DNA of 64,000 nucleotides from the human T2T-CHM13v2.0 reference genome, Homo sapiens. Shown one piece after another: positions 47,307 through 64,000 of the stretch (position 1 is the first letter of the stretch; each line of letters begins with the position of its first letter). The DNA is taken from NCBI RefSeq assembly GCF_009914755.1, contig NC_060939.1. One strand, given 5' to 3'. A program made the position numbers and the translations under genes. Below the pieces are notes generated by a model that worked only from the letters and a program-made list of their open reading frames with translations, was not told the origin of the DNA and searched no databases.

Positions 47307-48109
47307 TTAACAGGTCGAAGGACGCAGTGAGAAAACGGTGCTCAGAGATCCCGCCACGGAGTTCTGCTGCTGGAAAAGCATAAACATGAGGCGAGAACGG
47401 ACAATCTACACCAGGAGCAGGGCCCTGAGGATGCGCACCGCATCCATGGGGTGGCACTGTCGCTGCATGACAATGAGCCAGAAAAAGGAGCATCTGGGGC
47501 CCGGTACCGTGAGACACCAGGTGGTGAGGGAGGTACACCTGGCTAATGTGCCAGTGCCACTCTGTCAGGTGGTCTCAGAGGCGCCTGCTGAGGGGACAGA
47601 GGAAAGAGACAATTTCCAGGTCATACCGCTGTGCTGTCATTGTGCTTCCAGCTGTTGTCCCTGATTCTGTGCTTGTGGAGGACTGAGAGATGCCAGACAC
47701 AGGCCAGCTTGAGGACTCTAGCATAGAACCTGGCTTTGTTTAGTCCTGTACTATTCTTGCACCATCACAGCCCACCCAGGGATGGAAAAAGACACACACT
47801 AGCAACCAAAATCCAAATAGAAGGCAGGATTTACCTGCAATTCCCAAACTCCCCATCCAGTTTTAATGCTTCTATATTGCATATATGCCTGTATTATGCA
47901 ATCCTTATTCTGTTTTTAAGTTATATTTTCTGATATCATAAGAAGGAAAAATCATAATTTTAAGTAGCTGCCTATTATAAGTTTCCCTCATCATGATATA
48001 AAGGCTTTGTCTTGGCCTTATTTTTGTAGCTAGGAAAAGATGGAGGATATTCCCATTTTATAGATGGGGAAATTTAAAAAGAAAAGCTAAATAACTTTCT
48101 TTCTGTGTT

Positions 48110-48737
48110 TTAGACAGGGTCTTGCTCTGTTGCCCAGGCTGGCGTGCAGTGGTGCGGTCTCAGCTCACTGCAACCTCTGCCTCCTGGGCTCAAGTATCCT
48201 CCCACCTCAGCCTCCCGAGTAGCTGGGACTACAGGCATGCACCACCATACTCGGCTAATTTTTTTTTTATTTTTTACTTTTTGTAGAGATGTGGTCTTAC
48301 TATATTGCCCAGACTAGCTAAATAACTCTTACTCAGCAAATATGAGATTAGAGGGTCAACAGTATGCCAGCCAGTACCTGGTCCATTAGATCATGTTGCC
48401 AAAAGAAATGAAGGTGAGGCTGGGCATGGTGGCTCAAGCCTGTGATCCCAGCACTTTGGGACGCCGAGGCGGGTGGATCACTTGAGGTTAGGAGTTCAAG
48501 ACCAGCCTGGCCAACATGGTGAAACCCCGTATCTACTAAAAATAAGAAAACATTAGCTGGGTGTGGTGGTGAGCACTTGTAATCCTAGCTACTCAGGAGG
48601 CTGAGGCAGGAGAATTGCTTGAACCTGGGAGGCAGAGGTTGCAGTGAGCCAAGGTCGCACCACTGTACGCCAGCCTGGGCAACAGAACGAGACGCCATCT
48701 CAAGAAAAAAAAAAGAAAAAAAAAAAAAAGAAAGAAA
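48110..48737. mobile_element. Inverted Alu pair (48110-48315 -, partial; 48417-48737 +)
   Basis: Alu consensus in opposite orientations. Confidence 0.85.
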
Positions 48738-49210
48738 GGTGAACCACCTACACAATACGTTGGCCACCTATAGTCCTCAAGCCCCCGGAGGCTCTACCAA
48801 TAAACAGGTTTTATTATGCATTGGTTTGGGGAATTTAAACCCCCACCTCTGTCACTTTTATCTGCTTCCAGTGTGATTCTACTCCTGTCTGCTCTCCTAA
48901 ATTAAAAAAACCCTTTTTTGGGTGATACATAAAAATCTGCCTTTGTCTGCCTCATTCAGGTGATTTTTGTCTAAATGATAAAATACACTAGTCTATGAAG
49001 TCATTATTTCACAGAAATGCAAAAGTAACCTTTTCAAAGTCTGTGACTACTATCCAGACTGTCTTCTGCAGGCTCTAAGGTTCCACTGGGGCCAGCCAGA
49101 CCCCACTCTTCTCCTCGCAGGCCTCCTCCAGCCCCATCCTGAATCGCAGGGGTGCGATCAAGACCCCTTTTTAGCTACACGCAGAAGTCTGGGTCCCAGA
49201 TCCGGACTTA

Positions 49211-49405
<195 letters not shown>

Positions 49406-50894
49406 TTACTCTATTGTTTTTTTTTTCTTCCATTTTAAAAATCCTGCAAGATAGTGCTAAGATTTTACAGTCTTTCTTTCTATAAGTAATAATCTTTCAA
49501 ACAAAACCAACAACAATGAATTACATAATGAAATTGCTGAAATCTGCTTTCAAAGAAGGTTTATAGTCCAACAAAAGCATGATCAAAGTACTTTTTCCAC
49601 ATGATTTTTACAATCAGGAACTTAAGGACAATTTAGCCCATATTAAAAAAAAATCCATTTTCAAGTCCAACTTGTGTTTTTAAGATCATAAAAATCCAGA
49701 AAGTTATGAATAGAATGCAGTTGAAAAGGGATGACTCTACATTTAAGTTCCAAGTTAGTATAATTTATGATATGGTTATAGCTATTGTAGTAAATTTGAA
49801 CTTGAAGAATCATAAGCTCGGTTCTCAAGAGGGAAGCCAATATCCTGGACTTCAAGGTACTTATTAAGAACCTTCTGGCAAACAGTGCTCTGTGGACACT
49901 GTAGGCCAGGAGCTACTAGAACGTACAGACACATCCAAGTTCAGAGATGCGAAGGCCAGAATGGACAAACAGCAAACAAGCAAAAATCATCACCTTCAAG
50001 CTAATGAATTTTGTCAGACAAGGAAAGAACACACCTTTGCGGGAACTGCAAGTTTGGACAGGGTGGGATTGTGGAGAAATTTATGCCTGGAGGGGAGCAG
50101 GTGTTACAAGCTATAGGGTGATGGCAGAGAGACACTGAGGCAGACCCAGCTCCGAGGAAACGCTTGCTGGTCAGGGGAGGTTGATGAGACAAAGTTCCAT
50201 CTTCAAGCCTGGCTAGGCTTGGTAGAAAGCAACAACATGTATGTAATTGAGAATTTGCATTCCCTGTTAGATTTATCACTCAGGTGAATGGGGCCACCAC
50301 CCCAAAGACTATAATATATAAGTTTACGAGTATCTCCAAGTACCACTGCCAAATACCAAAGACAACCCTTTGAAGAATGAGATTTCGTTAGGGATTGTAA
50401 GCATTTTCCCAGGCATTAGAAACAAATTAGGCAAACCTGCTTCAGTGAATTGACCATGGTAACATTTTATTCTCTCCAAGTGCCACAGACACGGTTCTTT
50501 GTATATCCAGAGCCCTGCAGCATCACTCAGGAGCTCTGCTCTGCTCTCAGAGCACCTGGTGTCACTGCACCAGTGGGATTACTGTGGCTGTGACAAAGCC
50601 AGATGATGAGGCAAGGGGATCACAAGAGGACTGAGCTGTGGAGAATCTTTGAGACCCTGGATCCTTCTTCCATGTAAAATCTGATCCATTTAGAAGGAAA
50701 CTCCTGTGGTATCCCTGTTCAGCCCCATTCACAGGTCAAGGTAGGGGTTGGGCCCTTCTTGGAATGACAGGGCTCCCTTGGGCAGAGGATCTTGGGGGAC
50801 TATCTCAGGCTTGTCAGGAACCTTCTCTCCAGACTGAGACAGGGAGCTAGTGACCCAGAGCTGATGGAGCCAGTAGCTGTAGCCACAGCCTCTA

Positions 50895-51205
50895 CCTTGG
50901 TCTGATGTTGAAACTCATTCACCAATGTGCTAGTATTAAGAAGTGTGGCCTTAAGGAGGTGATTAAGTTACAAGGAAGAGGTCCTCATGAATTGGATTAG
51001 TGACCTTACAGAAGAGGTATGACAGAGTGGTTTGCCCTTTCTGTCATTCTCCCATGTGAGGACACAACAAGAGGCGCCATCTATAAAGAAAAGACTGGGC
51101 CTTCACCAGACACCACATCTGCCTGCACCTTGACCTTGGACTTCCCGGTCTCTAGAACTGTAAAAATTAAATTCTTACTGTTTACATATTACCCACTTTC
51201 AGTCC
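50895..51205 (+). mobile_element. MaLR LTR (MLT1A/MST-like)
   Basis: gaggtgattaag...ccatgtgaggacacaacaagaggcgccatctat...caccttgaccttggacttcccggtctctagaactgt. Confidence 0.75.
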
Positions 51206-53518
51206 TCCTACAGGAAAGGGGCTTGGTAATCCACAGGAGAAAAAGAGGTCGAAGGAACCACAGCACAATTGGATAGGAAGGCGTAGAATGGCAGTACGCG
51301 CAAACCATGGGGGTGGGGCGGGGCGGTGAATGGAGTTCACTGGAAGCAAGAGGCCAGTGTCAGGGGAAAGGAGCTTGGTCCTTTCATGGCCAGCTTACTG
51401 AAGAGCAGCCAAAGAGTTTCCCTTGGACGTAAAGTCAGAACCCTTTACAGTGTTTTTTGGACAAATAATAGCCATTTGGGTGGAACACTTGGTCATTATC
51501 ATTACCTCAGATGTTTGTTTTCAGACATCCACACATCATAGCCATGCTTCTTGCCCACTCCTGTGATAGTTGGGATCAAGGATAAACCCTGACAAGCAGT
51601 GGTTTAAACAATAGACGGTTTTCATCTCCGTCACTCAACAGCTCATGCAAAGGCAATTCAGGGCCAACGTGCCAGTTCCATAGTGCCTGGGAACAAACAC
51701 CTCCTACTTACCTTTAAAGGTACAGCCAGCAATCTAAAACCCCAAAAAGCACTTATGAAAAGCTGCTCAAAAGAGCTCTTCCAAGTCATTTTGAATTAAT
51801 AAAGTCTAAGCCTCCTGGCACCCTAGCCCAGGTGTAAGAACCCGGCTGCATTAGGTAGAGTGCATGCAAAAGACCAGAGTAAAACAAGAAGCTCCACTTT
51901 TTGGCCTTTGGGGTGAGGAATGAAACGCCTTCCTGTTTTGGTTGTTTGCTCAAAGCTTTCTTTGGCATGTCTGGTCATGCCTGGTGGCCTGGCTGAACTG
52001 TGGCAGGATGGTGATTATTCAACAGGGCTAAATGAGCCCAACACAAGTCACCTTGAGTGGTTTAATGTGCTTAGATTTATTAGGAGTTTCATTACTATTA
52101 TAACGAAAAAAGCAAGCGGGCCAAAACTTCAAGGTCAATTATCAGCATGAATCTAGAAATGAGAAGAGATGTGTTTGGACACTTTGACTTTAACCAACAA
52201 CTCCAAAATCCCCTCCCTTCAATGATCCAGGCATTGGAGCTAGGCAGACCACCTTCACCCAGGCCAGGGTCTCAGCTCATTCTGCTCTCCTTAGCCCATG
52301 CTCCTGAACCTGAAAACAAAGCTTTCGTGTTTATTTATTCTAAAAAGTCAGACTTATCTTTGGACTTCACCCCTGACTTATTCCTATGCTGCAATTCCTT
52401 ACAGATGTTTGACGCTGTAAGCTGTGTTGAAAGACCTCTTCCTAGTCTCTGGTTTGGATCTGCCCTTGTTTTTTTATTCCTCTGTCTTTGCGGCTTACTG
52501 TTGTATTGCTGAAAACACTAGAAAATCTGTTTTACTCTCTTCACCAATATATCTTTTCACAGAAATGTTAGTTACAAAACACCAAGGAAAGTCCTGAAGG
52601 AGTTTTGTTTTTTTTTTTTAAAGCTGAAAAGGCAATTTCCAAGGATAGCCCTGCCTTTATTTAAGCTTTTATAAAAGTCTTTCCTGATTATGAAATATAT
52701 GCTGCTTTTAGGAAACTGGAAGATACGGAGGCGAATCAAGAAGAAAATAAACCTTGCCCAGAATTCTACCACTCAGAGAAACCAGTGGCACCAGTTTCAG
52801 AACCTTCTTAACTTCTCTGAGAAAGCCCGGACGCAGATGCAGGCCTCAGCAGTGACGTGTCCAGCTCAAAGAAGCTTCACCTGACCCGCAGATGCAAAGA
52901 CCCACTCTCCTCTCTTGTGTCCCAGGAATATCCTTTAAATCACGCTGGGAACACTTATAGTAAGGCACATGTTTACTCAGCTGTCTGTTCCCCCTTCCAG
53001 AATGAGAGGAGCTTCCTGAGGCAGTGACTGTGCCTCATCCACCTTCGAATACCAGGGCTCAGCACCAGGTAGGTGCTCAATCCCATGATGTTGACAACTT
53101 CCAGGTTCCCAATGCTTACAGACCATAGCAAGTCAAGATGCCAGTAATGCTTCAGGTCAGCAGGACAGGCAGTGAAGTGGGCTGTTTTTATTGCCAGAAA
53201 GTTTAGGGGATTCAGGCAAGGAGACATTCTGGGCAAGAATGTTGTGACCAGGGAGCTGGAGCCTCTGTCTAAAAGCACCGTCTTACGGGTTGTTTTTCCA
53301 ATTGGAGATAAGTACTGGAAAATCTATTAACCCAGACAGACAGCCACACAACTTTTGGTCTCATCCTTCTGGTGATCAGCCACCAGAATGAGAAGAAAAA
53401 TGAGAAGCCTCATCAGAGACCCCCAAATAAGAGCTTCCATGGCACCGAACTCAACACCTACAATAGCAAAGCCAAGAACATGGGTCATTACACCTGTGGT
53501 CACCCTTCCTGCAATTGA

Positions 53519-54977
<1,459 letters not shown>

Positions 54978-55932
54978 TTATTTCATGCTCAAATGTTTCA
55001 GTACATATCATTAAAAGATAAAGTCTCTTTATATTAAAATTAACCACAAAACATTATCATACCTACAGAAATAAACAATAAATTCTTCATACCAAATATT
55101 TAGTCATGCTCACATGTTGTCTTGTAACTGTTACTGAATGGTTGGTTGGTTTGAATAGGGAGCTGTAGGCCCACTGTGCACTGACATTAATTGTAAGAGC
55201 TAGAGATGGGCTAAGATCAAGCTTATGGGATACTTTGATAAATCGTAACTAGGAGGCCATATGTTGATATCATTCCAGCCAATAGTCAACTGGTCAATCT
55301 CAGAAATTCTTAAAAACACATACAGATGTTGCAGCTTTTTTCCTGAAGTACAAGCCAACTGTTAAAATCTTTCTCTATGCCAGTACTGAAGTATTTTGAG
55401 AACACACACGCATGTTCAGTAGTCTGGTACCAGAATTAATTTCCACTCTGGGTTCGATTCTGCACACACATCACCCTCTGGTTGCTTTCCTAACTTGGTT
55501 CTGATTACTGGCCTAACTCAAGTATAAAGAAATGAGGGGACACTATTATTCATCTTGGCAAGTGTGAGGTTCAGTGACTGCAATACACAGACATCACAAG
55601 TTCAAATGACTCACACTTTCTTTTTTTTTCCTTAGAGTCAGAAAAACTTTTAGGCTAAGTACCTCATTTTACTACAGCCTTTAAAAAGGAAAGACCGCAA
55701 GAAAGGAACCTTCCAGATAATGAATACTGAACAGGAAGAAGAAAAAGAAGCTGGTGCTCCCATGACAGATTATATCCCCAGAGGCTGTAAAAGAAGACAA
55801 TAAACAAACAAAAAACAATAAAAGGAAGAAATTTGAGTGTGAACAGTCCCTACAGTCCCTGCTTGACAACCCCCTCAAGGACTTATCAATAAGATAGTAA
55901 GTGTCAAAGTGCTTGATACAAGTGTAGCTCAA

Positions 55933-56265
<333 letters not shown>

Positions 56266-57237
56266 TTAGGATAATTTATGGTCCCAGTCATGAGCACTCC
56301 ACCAGGGGTCTGAGGGACTGAAGACATACCTGGGCAATAACAGAAAGAACAAGTCACTCTCGGCACAGCGACTACACACACCCTAGAGCTGTGGTTCCCT
56401 GACTTTCACCTGCTGTGCCTGCCAAGCACGCTGTGGCCAACCTGGCTTAGTCCAGGCATGGCAGGGCCCCATGCAATGACAAACAAAGCAGGAGCTTCCT
56501 GTTGGGTTTCCACGGCAGCCTCAGGGCCCAGCTAGCCAGGAAGAGTGTGGCCAGCAGGCACTGCCCCGCTCAGGTTGGGACCCAGCCAGTGAGCTGAATG
56601 TTTAGGAAGGCCTTCAGAAAATCAGTCAGCGCCTAGAGCTTTAAAAAAAAAACAAAAAAAACAATAGCCTTGAAACCTACCTGAGGTGGGGCTGCAAAAT
56701 GGACACTGCGGACTCATCTGCTTAGCAACTTTACCACATCCTGAGTTGGCACGTTTTAAATACTTCACTGCACTGCACTGCCTGGCCCTTTATCCAGGGA
56801 AATTAGGAACAGATAGAATCAGAAACCACAGAGACACAGGCAAGAATGGATGCAACTAGAAATCTGTTTTGGATTATCAGACTGGAACTAGGATTTCCAG
56901 CTTGGTACATCAGACGCCTGAGCACATAAAACCCCTGCTTTTTCCTGAGCGCACCAGTTTTGCCTTCTGTGTGGAGTAAGAGTTTGACAGGCGTCCCAAT
57001 TCCATGTTCATGTGAGAGCAGAACATCTTTAATGCAAAGGCCCAAAGCTTTTCCTGATTAAAGTAGTGTTAGCCTCAGAGGCCCAGGGACACGATTCTTG
57101 GAGGAAGCTATGGGGCTCAAGGAGGCCTTTCTTCCATTCTTAGTCTTCATGGATTGCGAGGATTTCCTGTGTCAGCGGAACTTAGTCTAGGAGTTCTTAC
57201 CATGGGAGGACTTCGGGAGGACTTAGCATGGGAGGAC

Positions 57238-57317
57238 TCCTAGTCTGGGAGTTCTTGGCATGGGAGGACTTCTTAGCATGGGAAGACCTCCTATGCTAAG
57301 AACCCCTAGCCTAGGTC
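57238..57317 (-). ncRNA. MIR2116: pre-miR-2116 hairpin, intronic and sense to MYO1E
   Basis: Minus strand GACCUAGGCUAGGGGUUCUUAGCAUAGGAGGUCUUCCCAUGCUAAGAAGUCCUCCCAUGCCAAGAACUCCCAGACUAGGA folds as a hairpin and matches my recollection of hsa-mir-2116. Confidence 0.88.
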
Positions 57318-57950
57318 CCACTGACGGAGGAGATGCTGACGGCCGGCAGAGGAGCCCTTCTGCCGAGAGGAAGCCAAGGTGCTGCCGGGAGGAGCAAGGG
57401 CCCTTCCTGAGGCCTTGTGGAAGCAAACACCACTCCCCACTGCCTGAGAACTGGAGCGAAGAGAGCATCTCACGATGACTCCAGGGCTACAGAGAATGGA
57501 GACCAACTTGCACTCCCTAAGGAAGTCCCAAAGAAACTTCCCTTTCAGGACCCTCTGCTCAGGGAAATGGGTGAGGCCTCCAACCTGGGTGAGGTGGACT
57601 GGGGGACAGGGCTCTGAATCCTTGGCTCTACTGCAACAAGAGAAATTATTCTCTGAGGTGTTCCATATACCGGGTTCATTTCTAACATGTTTCGGTTACA
57701 AGAGATCTGGGTCCCCCTTGATTAGAGGAGCTGTCCGGAGGCAACCTTTTCTTGGTACCTTCTTCCTGACATATCAAGACTTGCTGAGACTAGGGAGTCT
57801 TCCCTTTGGGACGAAGGGAAATTCCATTCTCTTGATCATGATTTTGACAGCTGGGAAGCCCAGCCCGGCCTTCCTCCTGGCTGTTTGGAACAGCAGACCG
57901 TGATGCTGAGGCGAGAAGGGGCAGTCCTGCCTCTGCACCTCCACTACTCA

Positions 57951-58657
<707 letters not shown>

Positions 58658-59199
58658 TCACTTCACATATCAGGACAGCAGGTGTAAAGGGAAAGTCACC
58701 AACACCTGTGGTGAACTTAGCAAGGATGCACTACAGCATGTTTCTAAACAGAGGGCAGTGTCTGCATATATTTTCTTGGGAGTTCATAAAATTTTCATTC
58801 TAAAATACTGATATATTGTCATTTGAATGATAATTCTCAATAATCTAATAGAAATCTACTTGGGAATTTGTGGGTAACCACTTTATAATGAGTACCGCTG
58901 CGAGAGCTAAGCACCCCTGTGTGCATCCAGGGCTGCCGTCACAGCAGCTGGTGCCATGCACAGGTTGCAAGGAATGGTTTGGTTTTAGCAAAACATGCTT
59001 CCGTTGTTTATTTCGTTAAATTTTTTTCTTGACCTCCCCGCCCCTGGCAAAAAGCCAAAAGCTCTTAACGGGTCCATGAGCTTCTGAAGCTTCAGATTTT
59101 TCTATTAGGACCAAGACTTTATCAAAAGGTATCTAAAGGAGGAGGTGAAAAATCAACTGTTCCTCCTGTGGCTGGAAAAGCCTTACTTATCAGCCACTC

Positions 59200-60017
<818 letters not shown>

Positions 60018-60161
60018 TCAGAAAAGGGAGGAAAATACTGTGGAAATATACAAAGAAACTCTAAATGATGCAATATTTTTAGCGTGACATTATATGCAAA
60101 ATAAAATGGAACTTAAAACTTCACTTAAGCTCCAATTTACTCTTCAGATTTATTAAAATCA

Positions 60162-60464
<303 letters not shown>

Positions 60465-62081
60465 TTATTCTCACTATAAAATGACCTATACCTTTTTTTC
60501 TTTTAATGGAAAACAATGGGAAATAGGAGAATCTGAGTGTATTCAGTTAGACCTTGTCCTGCCTTGCTACAGTCTCTGTGAGAATCGAATGAGCGATTCA
60601 ATGCTTCTCCACTTATTCCCCACCTTGATCCAAAGAGTATATTATTAGGAAGTCAGATCAAGTGAGTGGGTGGAGGCTGTTGCTGTTGTTTGGCGCGGCA
60701 CTTCTGCATGCAGCCTCTAAACAGAATTTTCCAGTTTCTGCAGGAGCTGGGCTTGTGCTGCTGTGGAAGGAGGGCTGCCCTACTTTCAGTTCCAAGAAAA
60801 TATAGACTTCCTGTCTCAGGATTCACCAATCTCAGGATTCACCAAGGAGCAGCGGAGCAGAGGATAATAACCACAGTGACTGGAGCTGGACGTGAGGTGT
60901 GTTAATGAGGACTTGCATTTGCCCAGAAAGGCTGGGGCTGTTTAGGGACCACATCAGCCTCTAGCAGGTCTTGAGAGTCCGGCCATTTTACCAATGAATG
61001 CTGACAGCTGCGCCTCAACCAGGCCTTGGAATGATAAAGGTGACAGCAAACAGCTGTAGTGAGCCGAGTGCCCACTATGGGGCAGAAGTCACCCTAGATG
61101 ATTTCCACACAGTTTCATTCAACGCCTCCACAGCTACATGAGCCGCATACTCTGTCATCTCTATTTTACAGATGAGAACATTGGAACTAAGACTGGGTGG
61201 GGCTAGAAAGTGAACCTAGGTCTTTCAGGCTCTGCCAGGCTCCTCCTCATTTAGACACGCAAAGCTTTCTCTGTAAATCTGCACTTGATCCACTTGTAAA
61301 ATAGTAGGAAACCTTCTCATTTACCTTGAGAGTGGCTTACATGACTCTCTAGGAAAAAAATAAAATCAACCAATAAAAATCCAAAGTAAAGATGATGAAC
61401 AGTCATTGCAAAAATGTTCCAGAAGTAAACAAGCCAATGTGGTTTGAAGGCAGCTGGGCTTGATTTGTTGTCTCTGTTTATCCGGGTGCATGCTTGGGAG
61501 ACAGACCTATCCTCTCCTGCCACTCAACTTCTCTCCTCACAGATCCATCTGTGCAGAAACAACAACTCAAACTCCAAACACCAGGGGAGGGGCCACGTAA
61601 TTCCCCTGGCTTCAGTGCTGTAAACAATAGGCATAAGGACAGATTTCTAAACCCCAAGTGGAATGCACAGATTAGCAACTGGACAGAATGTTTAAAATCT
61701 GAGCCCTGCAGTTGCCTGTTGTAAGAATATCCATTGATATTTCTTATCTTGTGTATTGGGTTTCTGAGTAAGTCTTGTTTCCTTCTTCTTTCCCAGAACT
61801 ATTTTGGGCGTATCACAGAAAATACACTTGTGACTCAGAGAAAGGATGAACAGGCAAACGATTCCCAACTTCCTAGAGACTATCTCAAAGATTCGCTGGA
61901 TTTTAGATTTCTTTTTAAAAGCCCAGGGGGTTAGAAATTAGGGAGGTTCAAGAAAAAACCTTGATAACACAGATAAGGAGAGAATAAAAACCAAACCAAA
62001 CCAAACAACAACAACAGGAAAACACACAAAACAACCTTAAATGAGAAAAGCCAAAAGACATGGATACATTTAACAAAATAA

Positions 62082-62818
<737 letters not shown>

Positions 62819-64000
62819 GATTTTAAGAGTCAACTTTTGTGAAAGTATTTGCATGTCAGGGCTAGATGGGGATGTATGCGTTTGGGGCAGGGGAGAGAGC
62901 GGAGGTGATGGTGTGCGTGTGTGAGTGCATGTGTCAAAGATGGGGGAAAGGAGAGTCAAGTAATGGTAATAACACAATTGAATGTAAGGCAAGGAAAAGG
63001 ACAGCCAAAAATAAATCTTGATTTTGAATATAACCCCCTCCAACGCAACTGAAGCAGAAAAAAAAGTATTACAAATATTGAGGCTGTTTTAATTATATAT
63101 GAAAACCTCACAAGTTGAAAAGTAACAGCGGGTATGAAACAAGGAGTTCTGCATTGTACCGATAAATCACTCCATCCCATTTTAGAAAGAACAGGAACTG
63201 TTCTGTGGGTTGCTTAATGGCGAATGACACAACATTTTCACTTTATATTTGGAAATGAAAATTCTTGTGAAGCTACAAATAACTCAAAGTAGAAAAATGC
63301 TACCACAAACGTGTCATAAATGGGTTCCATCTCTGTGTGCCGCTTATTTATTTAATAATCTTGATGTCTCACAAAGCCATTCAGTTATAGCCATTATCAT
63401 TCCTGAGTCTCAGGCTGATCCTACGAGGCAGGCAGAAACAGTGGCTATGGGGCCCACCTTAGAGGAGAAGAAAACTAATGGCAAGACTGGGATCTGCCTG
63501 AAGTCAAATGCTTCCCTTTTTACTGTGAGTTCCCATATGATTTCCCCTTGGTCTGATGACTGATTTCTGCCAAGTTCATCACTGACTCTTGAAATAGGTC
63601 TTGTGATGGTTAAGGGAGCCTTGAGAAACGATGATGCTGAGCCTCGGTTCCAGCAGTTTCTCCAGCTTAAAAAGGAATGAATGTCTTTATTCCGCAGCCC
63701 TGGAGCAAACTGGGCAGAAGAACTGAACAGAACTTCCTGTGGACATTCATGGGGCTCACTGACCACACTCTCATCAGGAAAGAAAGAAGTGTCTCTAAAT
63801 GAAGCTGTAGCAGACTGTTTGTGAATTGTAAATGTGTATTATGAATGCCTTACTGGTAAGTACTGTGTTCTATAAACCAGAGATTTCTCCTCCCACCTAT
63901 TTTCCCCCTCACAGTCCTTTCTAGGCTCCCCCACAGCCTTCTAGGTACAATCCTGGGAATTCCCACCCGGCACTCTGCTGCACCTTCCAGGAGGAATCCT

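Noticed and set aside
55445-55465. tRNA-like B box (ggttcgattc)
   Set aside because: No A box, cloverleaf or acceptor stem is visible; likely chance or a decayed SINE.
60814-60845. 16-bp tandem duplication tctcaggattcaccaa x2 (also aagcgcttcctttaagt x2 near 43731-43766)
   Set aside because: Ordinary slippage duplications in intronic or transposon sequence with no evident function.

Overview
Primate, almost certainly human, genomic DNA (chr15q22 by gene content). Two convergent genes are present. The 3' part of CCNB2 (cyclin B2; coding exons 4-9, + strand, 536-10970, poly(A) signal at 11111) faces the 3' part of MYO1E (myosin IE; last nine exons, - strand, covering the IQ, TH1, TH2 and SH3 regions, stop at 23472, poly(A) signals near 22470). 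All splice junctions are GT-AG and phase-consistent. Between the genes lies a ~6.2 kb decayed L1PA element whose 5' ~370 bp is inverted (twin-priming structure). MYO1E introns hold MIR2116, a ~33-bp C-rich minisatellite, many Alus (some nested), hAT/Tigger-derived MITEs and MaLR LTRs. Most ORFs in the supplied track are Alu, L1 or low-complexity artefacts. I found no convincing wholly new biological system. The best leads are: (1) the L1 inversion junction, which fuses the retained ORF0 start to a new frame and splice donor; (2) a 47-bp inverted copy of unique intronic sequence sitting 16.5 kb away at a truncated Alu; (3) all-phase-0 CCNB2 exons with inverted Alus around exons 6-7, a possible stop-less circRNA; (4) the repeat-derived origin of MIR2116. 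Exon numbers and repeat subfamily names are from memory of consensus sequences, not from a database run.
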